The position numbers were made by a program, and so were the translations under genes. Source: a virus. From it: 64,000 bases of DNA. A model generated the notes under the pieces. The model had not been told where the DNA came from. It made no database searches and saw nothing but the letters and a program-made list of their open reading frames with translations. Shown one piece after another: positions 33,771 to 43,480 of the stretch. How positions within the stretch are numbered: the stretch's first letter is position 1; each line of letters begins with the position of its first letter. The DNA is taken from positions 1 to 64,000 of the IMG/VR virus record IMGVR_UViG_3300034152_000478; one strand, 5' to 3'.

Positions 33771-35753
33771 ATGGCATACCATATTTTTGATTATGGCCCA
33801 ACCGGCAGACACATCTTAGTAGATGATGATGGAAGACTCATTGTCAACGGAGATGCTTCGGAAAGTGGGCATATTTATGCATATGGAGACACAGGCTTTC
33901 CGCTGCTTGTAGATGGTGCTGGAAGATTGTTGATCAATCCTTCTGGTCTTGTTGGTTCCGGTGGTGGTGGAGCTGGCGCTGATGCACGATTGGATGCTGT
34001 ACCATGGACCAGTGGCGGCAGACTGGTAGATGGAGATTACGCCAATCGTTGGGTGTGGTTCAAAGGCAGTATGTTTGCTCCTCGACACAACTGGCTTGGG
34101 GCTACTGATGACGGTCTGCTAAAAATCACGCCAAGTGGCAACACATTCGCAACTAAGAAGATTGCTGCTCCCTCTGGCGGTTATCCATGGGTCGTAAAGG
34201 TTGTTGGCGAGAGATTATTTGTTGGCCATGGTGAAGGCAGCGATGGTTATATTTCATACTCTGATGATGGAGAAACTTTGAATTACGCCATTGACATGCC
34301 TGGGACTGCACAAGTTACTGCTCTTGGTGAATATGATGGCCAGTTGATTATTGGTCACAACAAAAATACTGGCACGGAACATCCTATCTATAAACTAAAT
34401 ATTGCAGAAGGTGATCCGCCAACATTTAGCATAGAAGAAGCATTTGACATATATGCTTATGCTGGCAATTGGGGATGGGATTATGGATTAGATGTTTGCG
34501 CCAATAGGGTTTTCACCTTTACGAACATCGGTTCTATTCTCAATGTGTATGACGGCCTACACAATCTTGGAGAATTTTGGCCTGATCCATATGATGCCAC
34601 TGAAACCCGACCAACCGCCCTTGCGATAGAATACAACGGTGAAATCTTCCTGCTTGGTACTAATATCTACAAGTATCAGGAAATGCCAACCGATACTGTC
34701 AACAATCCGCTGGTGCTTGCCAAAGAGACATACGAAGATACCAATGGAACTGTCAATGCATGCGCCGCAGTTTACAACAACAAACTGTGGATCATAGATA
34801 CCGCGCATAATGTATATACATACGACGGACACAATTGGACAGTAGACACCTCAATGAGTGGTGTGGCCAATGGCACGCGTGGCGGCCTTATTCAGGTAGA
34901 TGACAAGCTATATTACTTTACAAGTGACAAAGTCTGGTGGTCTATGCGTGATGCTCTATATGAGCCCAACAACAACGCAGGAGCCAACTCGAAATTCAGG
35001 ACTGCAGGGGTTCGTCACGTCAAAGGCTTGATGGATTATTGTGGCGCGAGATTTCCAACTCAAACAGAAGTTAGGAATGACGTTGGGTCTGGAGTTTTGT
35101 CGCCAGAATACACCTCAGTTCGTTTTATCACGCAATCAACACCTCTCGCCTCTGGCTTAAGTGAGCTTGATGGTCAAGTGTATGGCGAAAAATATGATCT
35201 AATCCCAGACACAACTGACACATACAATATTGGCAGTCAGATTTATGCTTTCAAAGGTCTGCACGCAGCTTCTGGTTTCTTCACGCAAGGTATACGTGTA
35301 GAGGCTTCTGGCGATCAGGCTGCTATCGAGATTCATTCAGATACTGGCACACGAGCCATTGAGATCATCAATGATGGCGACGCGATCTTGCTGGACTTGC
35401 AACAGGCTTCTGGCGCTGCTAACCCAGTTATTAAGATAGAGAATCCGGGCAGTGGTTACGACATTCAGGCTGATAACTGGAATGTAGATTACGACGGCAA
35501 TGCTGATTTTAACAACATTCCCAAGGTGTACCGGACGACTGTTGGTGAAGGCGATTGGAACTTGCCTTCTGGCGGCTACTACTGGGCAGATATAATTCAT
35601 AATCTCGGTCAGCAGTATGTAATAGCTCAGTTCTACGACTTAGACACCAACCAAAGTTCTGGTGTGTCAATTGCGCATGAGCATCGTGACGGTTCCACGC
35701 TTCGTGTCTTCACGACAACTTCAGGAGATATCGGCGCTGTGATTATGGGGTAA
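33771..35753 (+). CDS. virion protein, beta-rich; N-terminus shared with 31962..33758
   Basis: Starts with the same MAYHIFDYGPTGRHILVD segment. Confidence 0.65.
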   Translation: MAYHIFDYGPTGRHILVDDDGRLIVNGDASESGHIYAYGDTGFPLLVDGAGRLLINPSGLVGSGGGGAGADARLDAVPWTSGGRLVDGDYANRWVWFKGSMFAPRHNWLGATDDGLLKITPSGNTFATKKIAAPSGGYPWVVKVVGERLFVGHGEGSDGYISYSDDGETLNYAIDMPGTAQVTALGEYDGQLIIGHNKNTGTEHPIYKLNIAEGDPPTFSIEEAFDIYAYAGNWGWDYGLDVCANRVFTFTNIGSILNVYDGLHNLGEFWPDPYDATETRPTALAIEYNGEIFLLGTNIYKYQEMPTDTVNNPLVLAKETYEDTNGTVNACAAVYNNKLWIIDTAHNVYTYDGHNWTVDTSMSGVANGTRGGLIQVDDKLYYFTSDKVWWSMRDALYEPNNNAGANSKFRTAGVRHVKGLMDYCGARFPTQTEVRNDVGSGVLSPEYTSVRFITQSTPLASGLSELDGQVYGEKYDLIPDTTDTYNIGSQIYAFKGLHAASGFFTQGIRVEASGDQAAIEIHSDTGTRAIEIINDGDAILLDLQQASGAANPVIKIENPGSGYDIQADNWNVDYDGNADFNNIPKVYRTTVGEGDWNLPSGGYYWADIIHNLGQQYVIAQFYDLDTNQSSGVSIAHEHRDGSTLRVFTTTSGDIGAVIMG

Positions 35754-35757
35754 TGGA

Positions 35758-36114
35758 ATGGCTGTAGAATTTTGTGTACGTGCAATTGATGAAGGTGATC
35801 GTAGGCGTGGTGAATTCATTGAGGTACAGGAGCTTCCGCATAAAGGCTGGGGGGCTAACGTATGTCCTCCGCGTTTTCGTTTCATTCAGGTACTTGACAT
35901 GAGCATTGAAGAAGCTCGATCGTTATTAAAGAGACATCACAATGAAATGTCAGGGGAAACTATTTTATGGCGAGTCCGATCTGGCTTGAAAATCAACTTT
36001 ACTAAATTTCCTTCTGCAAAATTATCGTACTTCAACATGAATACGGCTATAAGGTTAACACGGGCGCAGGTTGTTGCTTGCGCCGAAGATGAAATAGCGA
36101 AACTACAGGCGTAA
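35758..36114 (+). CDS. hypothetical protein
   Basis: 118 aa ORF in the operon. Confidence 0.65.
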   Translation: MAVEFCVRAIDEGDRRRGEFIEVQELPHKGWGANVCPPRFRFIQVLDMSIEEARSLLKRHHNEMSGETILWRVRSGLKINFTKFPSAKLSYFNMNTAIRLTRAQVVACAEDEIAKLQA

Positions 36115-36116
36115 AC

Positions 36117-37163
36117 ATGGCGACACTGGTAAGACGCGTTGATCCAAATGTGGGACCAGGAACAAACTTCCGCACATTAAACCTCTACGAAGAGGCTTAC
36201 GGTGATGTTCCAGGCAACGGGGCGTGTGTAGCCAACACTACTATCGCAGTGGCAGAGCTTGTCAATACTGGCAGTGTGATTGATACCGATAAAGTGAGTT
36301 TTGCTGGCTGGACTTCGACCAATTCGAGCTATTATGTTCGCCTGGTGGTTCCATGGAAATATCGTCACTCTGGCGTTTGGCCAAGCGATAATAAGAAGTA
36401 TGTGTATCGTCTCGATACCAGCGAGCATACTGGTGTAGGTATCGATTGCTACGATCATAACATTCGCGCATTTGGTATGGCTGTCAAATCCAAGGGAGAT
36501 GCTTTTTACTGGAGTTGGCCTTTTGGTGCCACTGTTACCGACTCAATCGTATATGGTTGTGTATTATGGGCAACTGCTGGCCGCTGTGTTGATTTTGGAC
36601 AGCCCGCTAATTCAACCGTGTATGTTGTCAACAACATTATGCACAACTCTCTTTTCGGTATCTACTGCGGCACTGGCGGCTGCATGACATATGTTTTCTA
36701 CAACAACACAATGTATGAGTATTCTTCCTATGCTGTGTATGTTGCAACAACCACCTATACTTGTCATTTACACAACAATCTTGGCTGGAAAGCGGTGCCT
36801 GGCGTCAACGGCACTTTTAGATGTGCTTCTACAGATGCTTCACATAATGCCTATGTTTCTACTTGGGGCGAAGGCTCTAATAGTCTTGACATATCCAGTT
36901 ATTCTCCTGGTCAGATTTTTGCCAAGCCTAACCAATACAATTTCCACTTGGTTCATGATTCTCCTTGTTATGCCAAGGGCAAATCTCTTATAAACGATGA
37001 TGATGGGCTTTTCAATGTGTTAGAGGATATCGATGGAGATAGAAGGCGGTTCTTCTCTATCGGAGCTGACGAGGGGGCCTTTATTCCTCTGATCGGCACT
37101 CCAAATCCAATATTGATTAACAGTAAAAGTAATAGCTCAGTGATCAAGGTAAGGAGAAGGTAG
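36117..37163 (+). CDS. beta-helix (pectin-lyase-like) virion protein
   Basis: YVVNNIM, FYNNT, LHNNL repeats; FHL..DSPC...DIDG..R...IGADE C-terminal motif. Confidence 0.65.
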   Translation: MATLVRRVDPNVGPGTNFRTLNLYEEAYGDVPGNGACVANTTIAVAELVNTGSVIDTDKVSFAGWTSTNSSYYVRLVVPWKYRHSGVWPSDNKKYVYRLDTSEHTGVGIDCYDHNIRAFGMAVKSKGDAFYWSWPFGATVTDSIVYGCVLWATAGRCVDFGQPANSTVYVVNNIMHNSLFGIYCGTGGCMTYVFYNNTMYEYSSYAVYVATTTYTCHLHNNLGWKAVPGVNGTFRCASTDASHNAYVSTWGEGSNSLDISSYSPGQIFAKPNQYNFHLVHDSPCYAKGKSLINDDDGLFNVLEDIDGDRRRFFSIGADEGAFIPLIGTPNPILINSKSNSSVIKVRRR

Positions 37164-37201
37164 TGGGTTATTACTATCGCATTAATAAGGCTTTCTTGAA
37201 A

Positions 37202-37214
37202 CGTATAATTAATT
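37202..37214 (+). promoter_or_regulatory. putative late promoter CGTATAWWTAATT
   Basis: CGTATAATTAATT in the intergenic gap. Confidence 0.55.
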
Positions 37215-37326
37215 GGGGGATCGCAAGATACTCACCCTACGGAAAAGAAATCAACTGGGCTCACCTTGACTGCAGTCATGAGTGAAGACAATATATAACC
37301 ACGACCTAAAAGGAGGTTAAAAAACA

Positions 37327-39225
37327 ATGCCGTACATTTGGAATGATTTCGAGATAGACTACACTAACCGGAGGCTTACACACAAAGCTTCGGGTACAGC
37401 GGTCTATACCGGGAATCAGCTTTACTCATGGTTGCAGGACACCTTTGATGAGCTGGTTCAGATGGACGATGCTGTACCAATGTCTGCTCAGACGCCCACT
37501 GAATACACGTTGATTAATGGCTGGTATATGGACGATGAAAGCTTTAAGTTCATCGATAATGCTGCTATTTCAACTATTGGCTGGAATGCTGGTACGTATG
37601 ATGATGGCGTTCGTATTTTTGAGCTGACAAGCACAGATTACGTCAATGCTACTTCTGGTGACATTGGCAGAGTAGTACTCGGTGGAACAACTGGAGAATC
37701 CGGCGTCCTACTTGCCTATGACAACTCACTAAGAAAGTGGTGGCTACGAGCCAATCCGAGCGGCACCTTCCAGACTCTCGAAGACATCAACGTAGTTGGT
37801 GGCGATGGTTCTGGAACTATGAAGTATGTATCTAAGACTGGTGAAAACCTATGGTCTAACATCTACACCTTGGGTACGTTGGAAGCTGGAACCAATATCT
37901 ACGTGACCCAAAGTGGTGTAAAGCTGGGCTCTTGGTGGCCAGCAGGCCATATTGATGTTCTTGTCAAAGTAAAAGAAGCCGACAAGTTCATTGATTATGG
38001 TAACTTGACCATTTTCGCTCGCCAATACACGAAGACCTACGACCACTTCCCAATCAGCGTAAGAAATGGTGGCCGTAACGCTGTCCCGTTGGCTACTGCA
38101 GCCGACCTAAACAACACCACAGCATCTGGTACTGTCGCAGGATACAACGATATCATCATCGCCCAGGTAAATGGTGAATTGGATTATACCGGCGCAGGCG
38201 GCTGGTTGCGCTGGGAAACAATTACTGGTGCTACATCCAATGCGACAGCTATCGTTTTGGAAGATGAAACGACCGGCAATGTTCTGACACTTGGCAACGT
38301 AAGTGGCGTGTGGCAGAATGGTGAGGTTATCAACGGTGGTACTGGTACAGGCAGCACTGCGAGTACACTGGATGTTGCTGTCACTTATCTCCATATGGAC
38401 TTGAATAACGGTAATGGCGACCGACCATACGATACCCACTGCAAGCTGCAGACACGTCCGTTGACTGAATGGTATGAGTGGATTAAGTTTATCACCAGAC
38501 GAGCTTCTGCGGAACGCTTTTACCAGAATGATGGTTCAGGTCTGTACTGGACAGATGGTGAGCAGTATATTGCTGCTCAGGCAGACTATACTCCGGTCAA
38601 GGCCAGTCCTCTGGGCGGATTTGCCGGTGGCACCTACTTCGGAGCGCAGGGAGTTTGGATCGAGGATTACGATTCAGATGACGCCAAGAATTTCCAGCTC
38701 ATCGATAGCTCCGGTGTTACGCAGACACCACCGAATGTTGTGGTTGTCAAGGTCACCAGTGTTGTGGCAGGTGACAGAGTCGCTGTTTTCGTCCTAACTG
38801 GTGACGGTGGCGAAATTGACAAGAATCAGTATCTTGCTGCTGCTGGCAATAACAATGGTGATCCAGACTTTGTGGTTCAGGGCACAATCACATCTGATAC
38901 GCCACAAGCCGGTTACCTGCGTATTGCGAACAGCTATGGTAGTGATGACTTGTATGAATATTCTTCTTGGACTGGTTCAACCTTCACATTGGATTCAATG
39001 ACGCTAAGTAGAAACTACAGTGCGGGTGAATCCGTCTATATTCCGATTATTGACGTTCAGGCGACTGGAACTGAGGTCTCTAACACGCTGATTTACAGCA
39101 CTGACATTTCTGTGTTGGTGCGTGTGCGTAGATATGGCATTTTGCCGTTCGAAGTTGAGTCCGACATCACAAGTGTTGGTTTGACTGTTGCGGCTATTAG
39201 AACGACAGATACGATTGTATCGTAA
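37327..39225 (+). CDS. virion structural protein
   Basis: 632 aa Gly/Thr-rich beta protein; AGGAGG RBS. Confidence 0.65.
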   Translation: MPYIWNDFEIDYTNRRLTHKASGTAVYTGNQLYSWLQDTFDELVQMDDAVPMSAQTPTEYTLINGWYMDDESFKFIDNAAISTIGWNAGTYDDGVRIFELTSTDYVNATSGDIGRVVLGGTTGESGVLLAYDNSLRKWWLRANPSGTFQTLEDINVVGGDGSGTMKYVSKTGENLWSNIYTLGTLEAGTNIYVTQSGVKLGSWWPAGHIDVLVKVKEADKFIDYGNLTIFARQYTKTYDHFPISVRNGGRNAVPLATAADLNNTTASGTVAGYNDIIIAQVNGELDYTGAGGWLRWETITGATSNATAIVLEDETTGNVLTLGNVSGVWQNGEVINGGTGTGSTASTLDVAVTYLHMDLNNGNGDRPYDTHCKLQTRPLTEWYEWIKFITRRASAERFYQNDGSGLYWTDGEQYIAAQADYTPVKASPLGGFAGGTYFGAQGVWIEDYDSDDAKNFQLIDSSGVTQTPPNVVVVKVTSVVAGDRVAVFVLTGDGGEIDKNQYLAAAGNNNGDPDFVVQGTITSDTPQAGYLRIANSYGSDDLYEYSSWTGSTFTLDSMTLSRNYSAGESVYIPIIDVQATGTEVSNTLIYSTDISVLVRVRRYGILPFEVESDITSVGLTVAAIRTTDTIVS

Positions 39226-39232
39226 CGCAGAT

Positions 39233-39300
39233 AAGTGAAGTTAACGACCACTCAGGCGAGGTTTCAGGAGAGACTTCTCCTGGGTGGTCTAACTCCGCTT
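39233..39300 (+). other. long intergenic hairpin
   Basis: GACCACTCAGG/CCTGGGTGGTC, GAGGTTTC/GAGACTTC, AGTTA/TAACT and AAGTG/CGCTT stems. Confidence 0.65.
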
Positions 39301-39341
39301 GAAGTGTCAGCAAGAGGAGAGGCGTGGAAGAGGATCAGTAA

Positions 39342-40112
39342 ATGGCACTGGATGTTAATTTCGACGATTATCTAATATATGTGCCATACCCAAGAACAGA
39401 GGTTGTGGCCCAGGATCTGATCGATGATATCAGATGGGCTGAAACTACAACTTCAGGTATAGCACATCCTAAAATCGCCGATGCGTCTGGTAAAGAAGGT
39501 TTGGCATCAGGTGTCGCGGTGGGCATTACTGTTGAGCTATATGATCCTTGGCAACTTAAGTTTTGGAATGGTAATTATGTAGCGACTATTCGAGATGGCA
39601 ACTTGGTCGGTGGGCTTAGCGGCATACCAGTTGCATACAGTGCTGGCGTACAGGTGCTTATGATTCAGTCCGCTGCCGCAACTATTGTGTCGCCCGAAGG
39701 TTGCAGCGCTTCGAACATTGCTCAAGAAGTTGATAATGTACTTTCTGCGAATCATGGCTCTGGTATATGGGAGGGCGATGGCCTATCCGAAAGTGGCATA
39801 GCACAAGCAGTCGATACCCAGTTGACAGCTACTAAGGGTGGGGCACCATGGACGCAGACACTTACTGAAAGCGGAATTGCCCATCGAGTTTGGCAGGAAG
39901 ATATGTCGTTGCACATGGCCTCTGGAACGGCCGGGGCTTTTGTCAATTTCATTTACAGTATAGAAGGTGGTCGCTGGAAGATCGACCAGACCACCAACCA
40001 GATGGTATTCTACAAAGAAGACAATGTAACCGAAATAGCAAGATTCGACCTGTTCGGAGCAGGCGGCTCTCCAGCGAGCGACGATGTTTATGAACGAAAA
40101 CGTGATTCATGA
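39342..40112 (+). CDS. virion structural protein
   Basis: 256 aa with internal SxIAxxV repeats. Confidence 0.6.
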   Translation: MALDVNFDDYLIYVPYPRTEVVAQDLIDDIRWAETTTSGIAHPKIADASGKEGLASGVAVGITVELYDPWQLKFWNGNYVATIRDGNLVGGLSGIPVAYSAGVQVLMIQSAAATIVSPEGCSASNIAQEVDNVLSANHGSGIWEGDGLSESGIAQAVDTQLTATKGGAPWTQTLTESGIAHRVWQEDMSLHMASGTAGAFVNFIYSIEGGRWKIDQTTNQMVFYKEDNVTEIARFDLFGAGGSPASDDVYERKRDS

Positions 40113-40474
40113 ATATAACGACACGTGGTTATGGAAAGAATAGCAATATTGTTACCAGAGGATATGGTCGTGCAATCCTCGAAGCGATTTATCGTGAGGT
40201 TATCAGACTCACAACCAGTTTCGGTACGGTACTTAAGCAGAATACAAGCTTCTCTATGGCAATGCGGCTGGCGACCGGAGTCGGAAGCAGACTTCGACTC
40301 GTATCCGGTATCGGAGGCATCATGGCACGCGTTAGACTGACGACTTCTTTTAATCAACGTCTAAAAACTTCCAATGTAGTTCAGTTGGGACGTTTGCTAT
40401 TGGATAACATTTTCAAGGTGGCAAGCAGAATCAAATTGTTCTGTAGTTTTGACCTAAGGAGACGAGATGGCTAA
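40109..40474 (+). CDS. basic hypothetical protein
   Basis: ITTRGYG/IVTRGYG repeat; coupled to neighbouring genes. Confidence 0.55.
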   Translation: MNITTRGYGKNSNIVTRGYGRAILEAIYREVIRLTTSFGTVLKQNTSFSMAMRLATGVGSRLRLVSGIGGIMARVRLTTSFNQRLKTSNVVQLGRLLLDNIFKVASRIKLFCSFDLRRRDG

Positions 40475-40754
40475 TAAACACTATGTCGGTGAAATTGGGA
40501 CTGAGATCCTGATTGAAGCTGATTCAGACATAAGTGCTGCCTCTGGTGTGTGGATGGAAGTAAAGAAACCAGATGGTATTACCATCGAGGAATGGTCTGC
40601 CACCATTGTTAGCGGCATCTACATACAACACATTGTGGAGGCTGGCGACTTTGATCAGGCAGGTGAATATTCAGTACAGCCATATATTGCGATGAGCGGC
40701 TGGGCTGGGTATGGCGAAACTGACACATTCAAAGTACATAAGAAGTTCTGCTAA
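40467..40754 (+). CDS. Ig-like/BppU-N-like small virion protein
   Basis: KKPDG...W.A...GDFDQAGEY..Q pattern. Confidence 0.55.
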   Translation: MANKHYVGEIGTEILIEADSDISAASGVWMEVKKPDGITIEEWSATIVSGIYIQHIVEAGDFDQAGEYSVQPYIAMSGWAGYGETDTFKVHKKFC

Positions 40755-40765
40755 GGAGGCCCAAG

Positions 40766-41311
40766 ATGGCTGTTGTGACAGTAGCTGAACTGGTAAGTGA
40801 GATCGCCTTGGACATAGGCGAGACAGAGCTTACAGAAGAGAATCTGCGAGCTTTTGTGCATAAGGCTGTTAATCGCCTAAATCGGAGACTGGAGCTTGTG
40901 GGCTTAACTACAACGCTCTCTGTAGATTCTGATTGTAATATCAATTTCCCTGACAACGCCTTGCGCGATTTGATTGTCTTACAGGCCGAGTGTCTGATTG
41001 CCAAACGCACCCAAATGGAAGCGGTCAACAAAGGTATCCGCATCCGAAGCGGCACAGACGAGGTGGACACTACTGCTGGATTTGGCGGCCTTGAAAGTGT
41101 TACACAGTCTGTTTGCGAAGAATTAGAAGCAGCCTTTAAGGACTATGCTGAGAATGCTGCCAGCGATGCAGTTGTCGAAGGCGGTAAGCTTATTTGGTAC
41201 GGCACACAAAAGACTCATGTTGATCTTGAGCATGATGGCGACTCATACGAACGACGCCGATATAAGAGTCCTATGGATTCTGATTTCGACGGCGGAGAGG
41301 TATTATCATAA
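40766..41311 (+). CDS. head-tail adaptor-like protein
   Basis: Position and helical character. Confidence 0.5.
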   Translation: MAVVTVAELVSEIALDIGETELTEENLRAFVHKAVNRLNRRLELVGLTTTLSVDSDCNINFPDNALRDLIVLQAECLIAKRTQMEAVNKGIRIRSGTDEVDTTAGFGGLESVTQSVCEELEAAFKDYAENAASDAVVEGGKLIWYGTQKTHVDLEHDGDSYERRRYKSPMDSDFDGGEVLS

Positions 41312-41850
41312 TGGCTACTGAAAGTCTACCAACTCCAGGAAGATATCTAACGCCTAAACTGAAAGAGCAATACCAGACTGCCATTTCTCAGATTATAGCT
41401 GATCTTGGCAGACCAGTCACGTTGCATCTCGAACCGACAACCAGCGGCTGCCCTAATTGTGAGTATCTGTCGGTTGGGGATCGCAGCGCAGCCACATATG
41501 ATTCAGCAAACCCCTTTGGAGGGCAGCCGTTTAATAGACCGTTCCCTCAGGATACTACCTGCCCTGTTTGTCGTGGGACCCATGAAATCAAAGTCCCACG
41601 TTCATCTATTTGGCATGCCACTATCTTAAAACAGCCTAAAGATTATGACTACTCGACTATGGGTGTTTCTCCAGAAAATGTGGTATTAACCAAAATGGTA
41701 ATAGAAGCGTGGGAGGATGTTAAGACGTGTCTTGGGGCCATAATTGATGGCCTTAAATATGAGCGATTGTCTGAACCTACTAAGATTGGTATGGGAAATG
41801 AACCAGAGGACTTGAAGTTTGTCAACTGCTTCTGGAAAAGAGTAGAATAG
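41311..41850 (+). CDS. head closure-like protein with Zn ribbon
   Basis: CPNC...CPVC; position. Confidence 0.45.
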   Translation: MATESLPTPGRYLTPKLKEQYQTAISQIIADLGRPVTLHLEPTTSGCPNCEYLSVGDRSAATYDSANPFGGQPFNRPFPQDTTCPVCRGTHEIKVPRSSIWHATILKQPKDYDYSTMGVSPENVVLTKMVIEAWEDVKTCLGAIIDGLKYERLSEPTKIGMGNEPEDLKFVNCFWKRVE

Positions 41851-41851
41851 T

Positions 41852-42550
41852 ATGCCTGAAGCGATATTCCCTCCTGGATTTAATAAGGCGCTTGTGGCAG
41901 CACTCAATGAGAGCGTCCCTAAGCTCGCTGAGCGCTTCCTAAAGCGACGCGCACGGGAGATCAGGGTGTCTCAGGGAAGGCTGCGAGCAGCCGCCTCACG
42001 CTTCCTGGCGAGATATCGTGACCTACTGCTGCAGAACTACATGATACAGAACATGCAGGAGGCTTGGGAAGACATACTTTGGATGCCTTATGCTCAGGGG
42101 CCTGGATCGGATGTGGCAGATGTTCCTCTGGCTGGCATGCTGGGTCTTCCACGCAAAACGCAGCGATCTGTTAATAGGGCAATCGGCGAGATTAAGCCAG
42201 CTTCGCCATTTGTGACGCTGATTTTTACAGAGACACGCAAAGGCATACGTGGCGAGCTGAGATTTGATTTCAGTGCCTTTTCTGAGACGCCAAGGGCAAT
42301 GTTTTCCTGGAGAGGGCCAGTTAGCTGGATAAGGCTACTGGAATATGGGGTGTCGGTTGGCAGACACCAGTTTTTGGGCTTTTTAGCAGGATCGCCATAT
42401 AGTAGGTCTGGAGGCGGCATTATGGGTCGCAGTAGAAGGTCCACTTTTGTTTTCCCTCCAACCTATGTTTTCAGGGACACGTTCGATGAAGCAAGAACGG
42501 CCTTGACCCCAGAAGAGGCTAAGCTGTTGCGTGTTAGGTTTGTGAGGTAA
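41852..42550 (+). CDS. neck/tail completion-like protein
   Basis: Arg-rich; LLEYG motif. Confidence 0.45.
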   Translation: MPEAIFPPGFNKALVAALNESVPKLAERFLKRRAREIRVSQGRLRAAASRFLARYRDLLLQNYMIQNMQEAWEDILWMPYAQGPGSDVADVPLAGMLGLPRKTQRSVNRAIGEIKPASPFVTLIFTETRKGIRGELRFDFSAFSETPRAMFSWRGPVSWIRLLEYGVSVGRHQFLGFLAGSPYSRSGGGIMGRSRRSTFVFPPTYVFRDTFDEARTALTPEEAKLLRVRFVR

Positions 42551-42553
42551 ATC

Positions 42554-43420
42554 ATGCTTGGGATAGGGTTTACAAGTAATATCCGCTACAATTTGAAACA
42601 GTATCTTGAGAAGCTATTCTTGGATAATGCTTTCTATACCAACACCAAACGCGGATACACTTTCTATGACGGCAGCAATCCTGCTCAGCTAACACGTGTT
42701 GGTGGTCGCTACTATGAATCTATGGCAAATGAATGGGCTTATGAAACTGACATAACAGTACCATCAGGAAGCAAAGGGATTATTGCTGTGAGTGGTGCCT
42801 GGGTGAATGGCGCATTCCATGCCAATGGCAGCGCCACATACAATCCAGCACCAGATTATCTGCGAGGAAGAATTGTCTTTGGTACAGCACCTCCAGCGAA
42901 TGCGACCGTTGAGGCAGAATTCAGTGCCAAAGATGTTAAGGTGGATTTCCAAGATTCCAAAATCAACAATATCCTGATGACTAAATACCTACACAATCCT
43001 GATTTTTGGTCATCTACAGCAGTCACCCCTTCTGGCGTCGAACGCCTATTGCCAGCGGTCATTATTGAACCACTGACTCGCGGACATCGGCCAAGACAGA
43101 TAGGTGGTGGTAAAATCCTTCGTGATCGAGTGTCTGTGTTTGTGTATGCGGCTCGTGATTATGAGCGCGATGTAATAGCTGATGCTGTGTTCTCGATAGC
43201 TCGCAATGTCATCAGTGCAGTCGATTATGGTGATGCTGGTCAGATATTAGACTACAATGGCGACTATGCAGCTACCTATCAGAATTTCACACAATTACAG
43301 GCAAGTGCTCCATGGACAAGGATTTACATAGACGAAGCGGAAGTTGCTGAGAGAAATTTGTTCGTTAATATCTATCAGGCAAGAGTTGACCTATTACTGA
43401 GGATATATCTCAACAGCTAA
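42554..43420 (+). CDS. tail terminator-like protein
   Basis: LPAVIIE...QIGGG; precedes the tail tube gene. Confidence 0.45.
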   Translation: MLGIGFTSNIRYNLKQYLEKLFLDNAFYTNTKRGYTFYDGSNPAQLTRVGGRYYESMANEWAYETDITVPSGSKGIIAVSGAWVNGAFHANGSATYNPAPDYLRGRIVFGTAPPANATVEAEFSAKDVKVDFQDSKINNILMTKYLHNPDFWSSTAVTPSGVERLLPAVIIEPLTRGHRPRQIGGGKILRDRVSVFVYAARDYERDVIADAVFSIARNVISAVDYGDAGQILDYNGDYAATYQNFTQLQASAPWTRIYIDEAEVAERNLFVNIYQARVDLLLRIYLNS

Positions 43421-43424
43421 AGGA

Positions 43425-43437
43425 CGTATATATAATT
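43425..43437 (+). promoter_or_regulatory. putative late promoter CGTATAWWTAATT
   Basis: CGTATATATAATT upstream of the tail tube gene. Confidence 0.55.
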
Positions 43438-43480
43438 AGAGACATCTCTATCTCGCGTGCAAATGTAAGGAGGTTAGACA

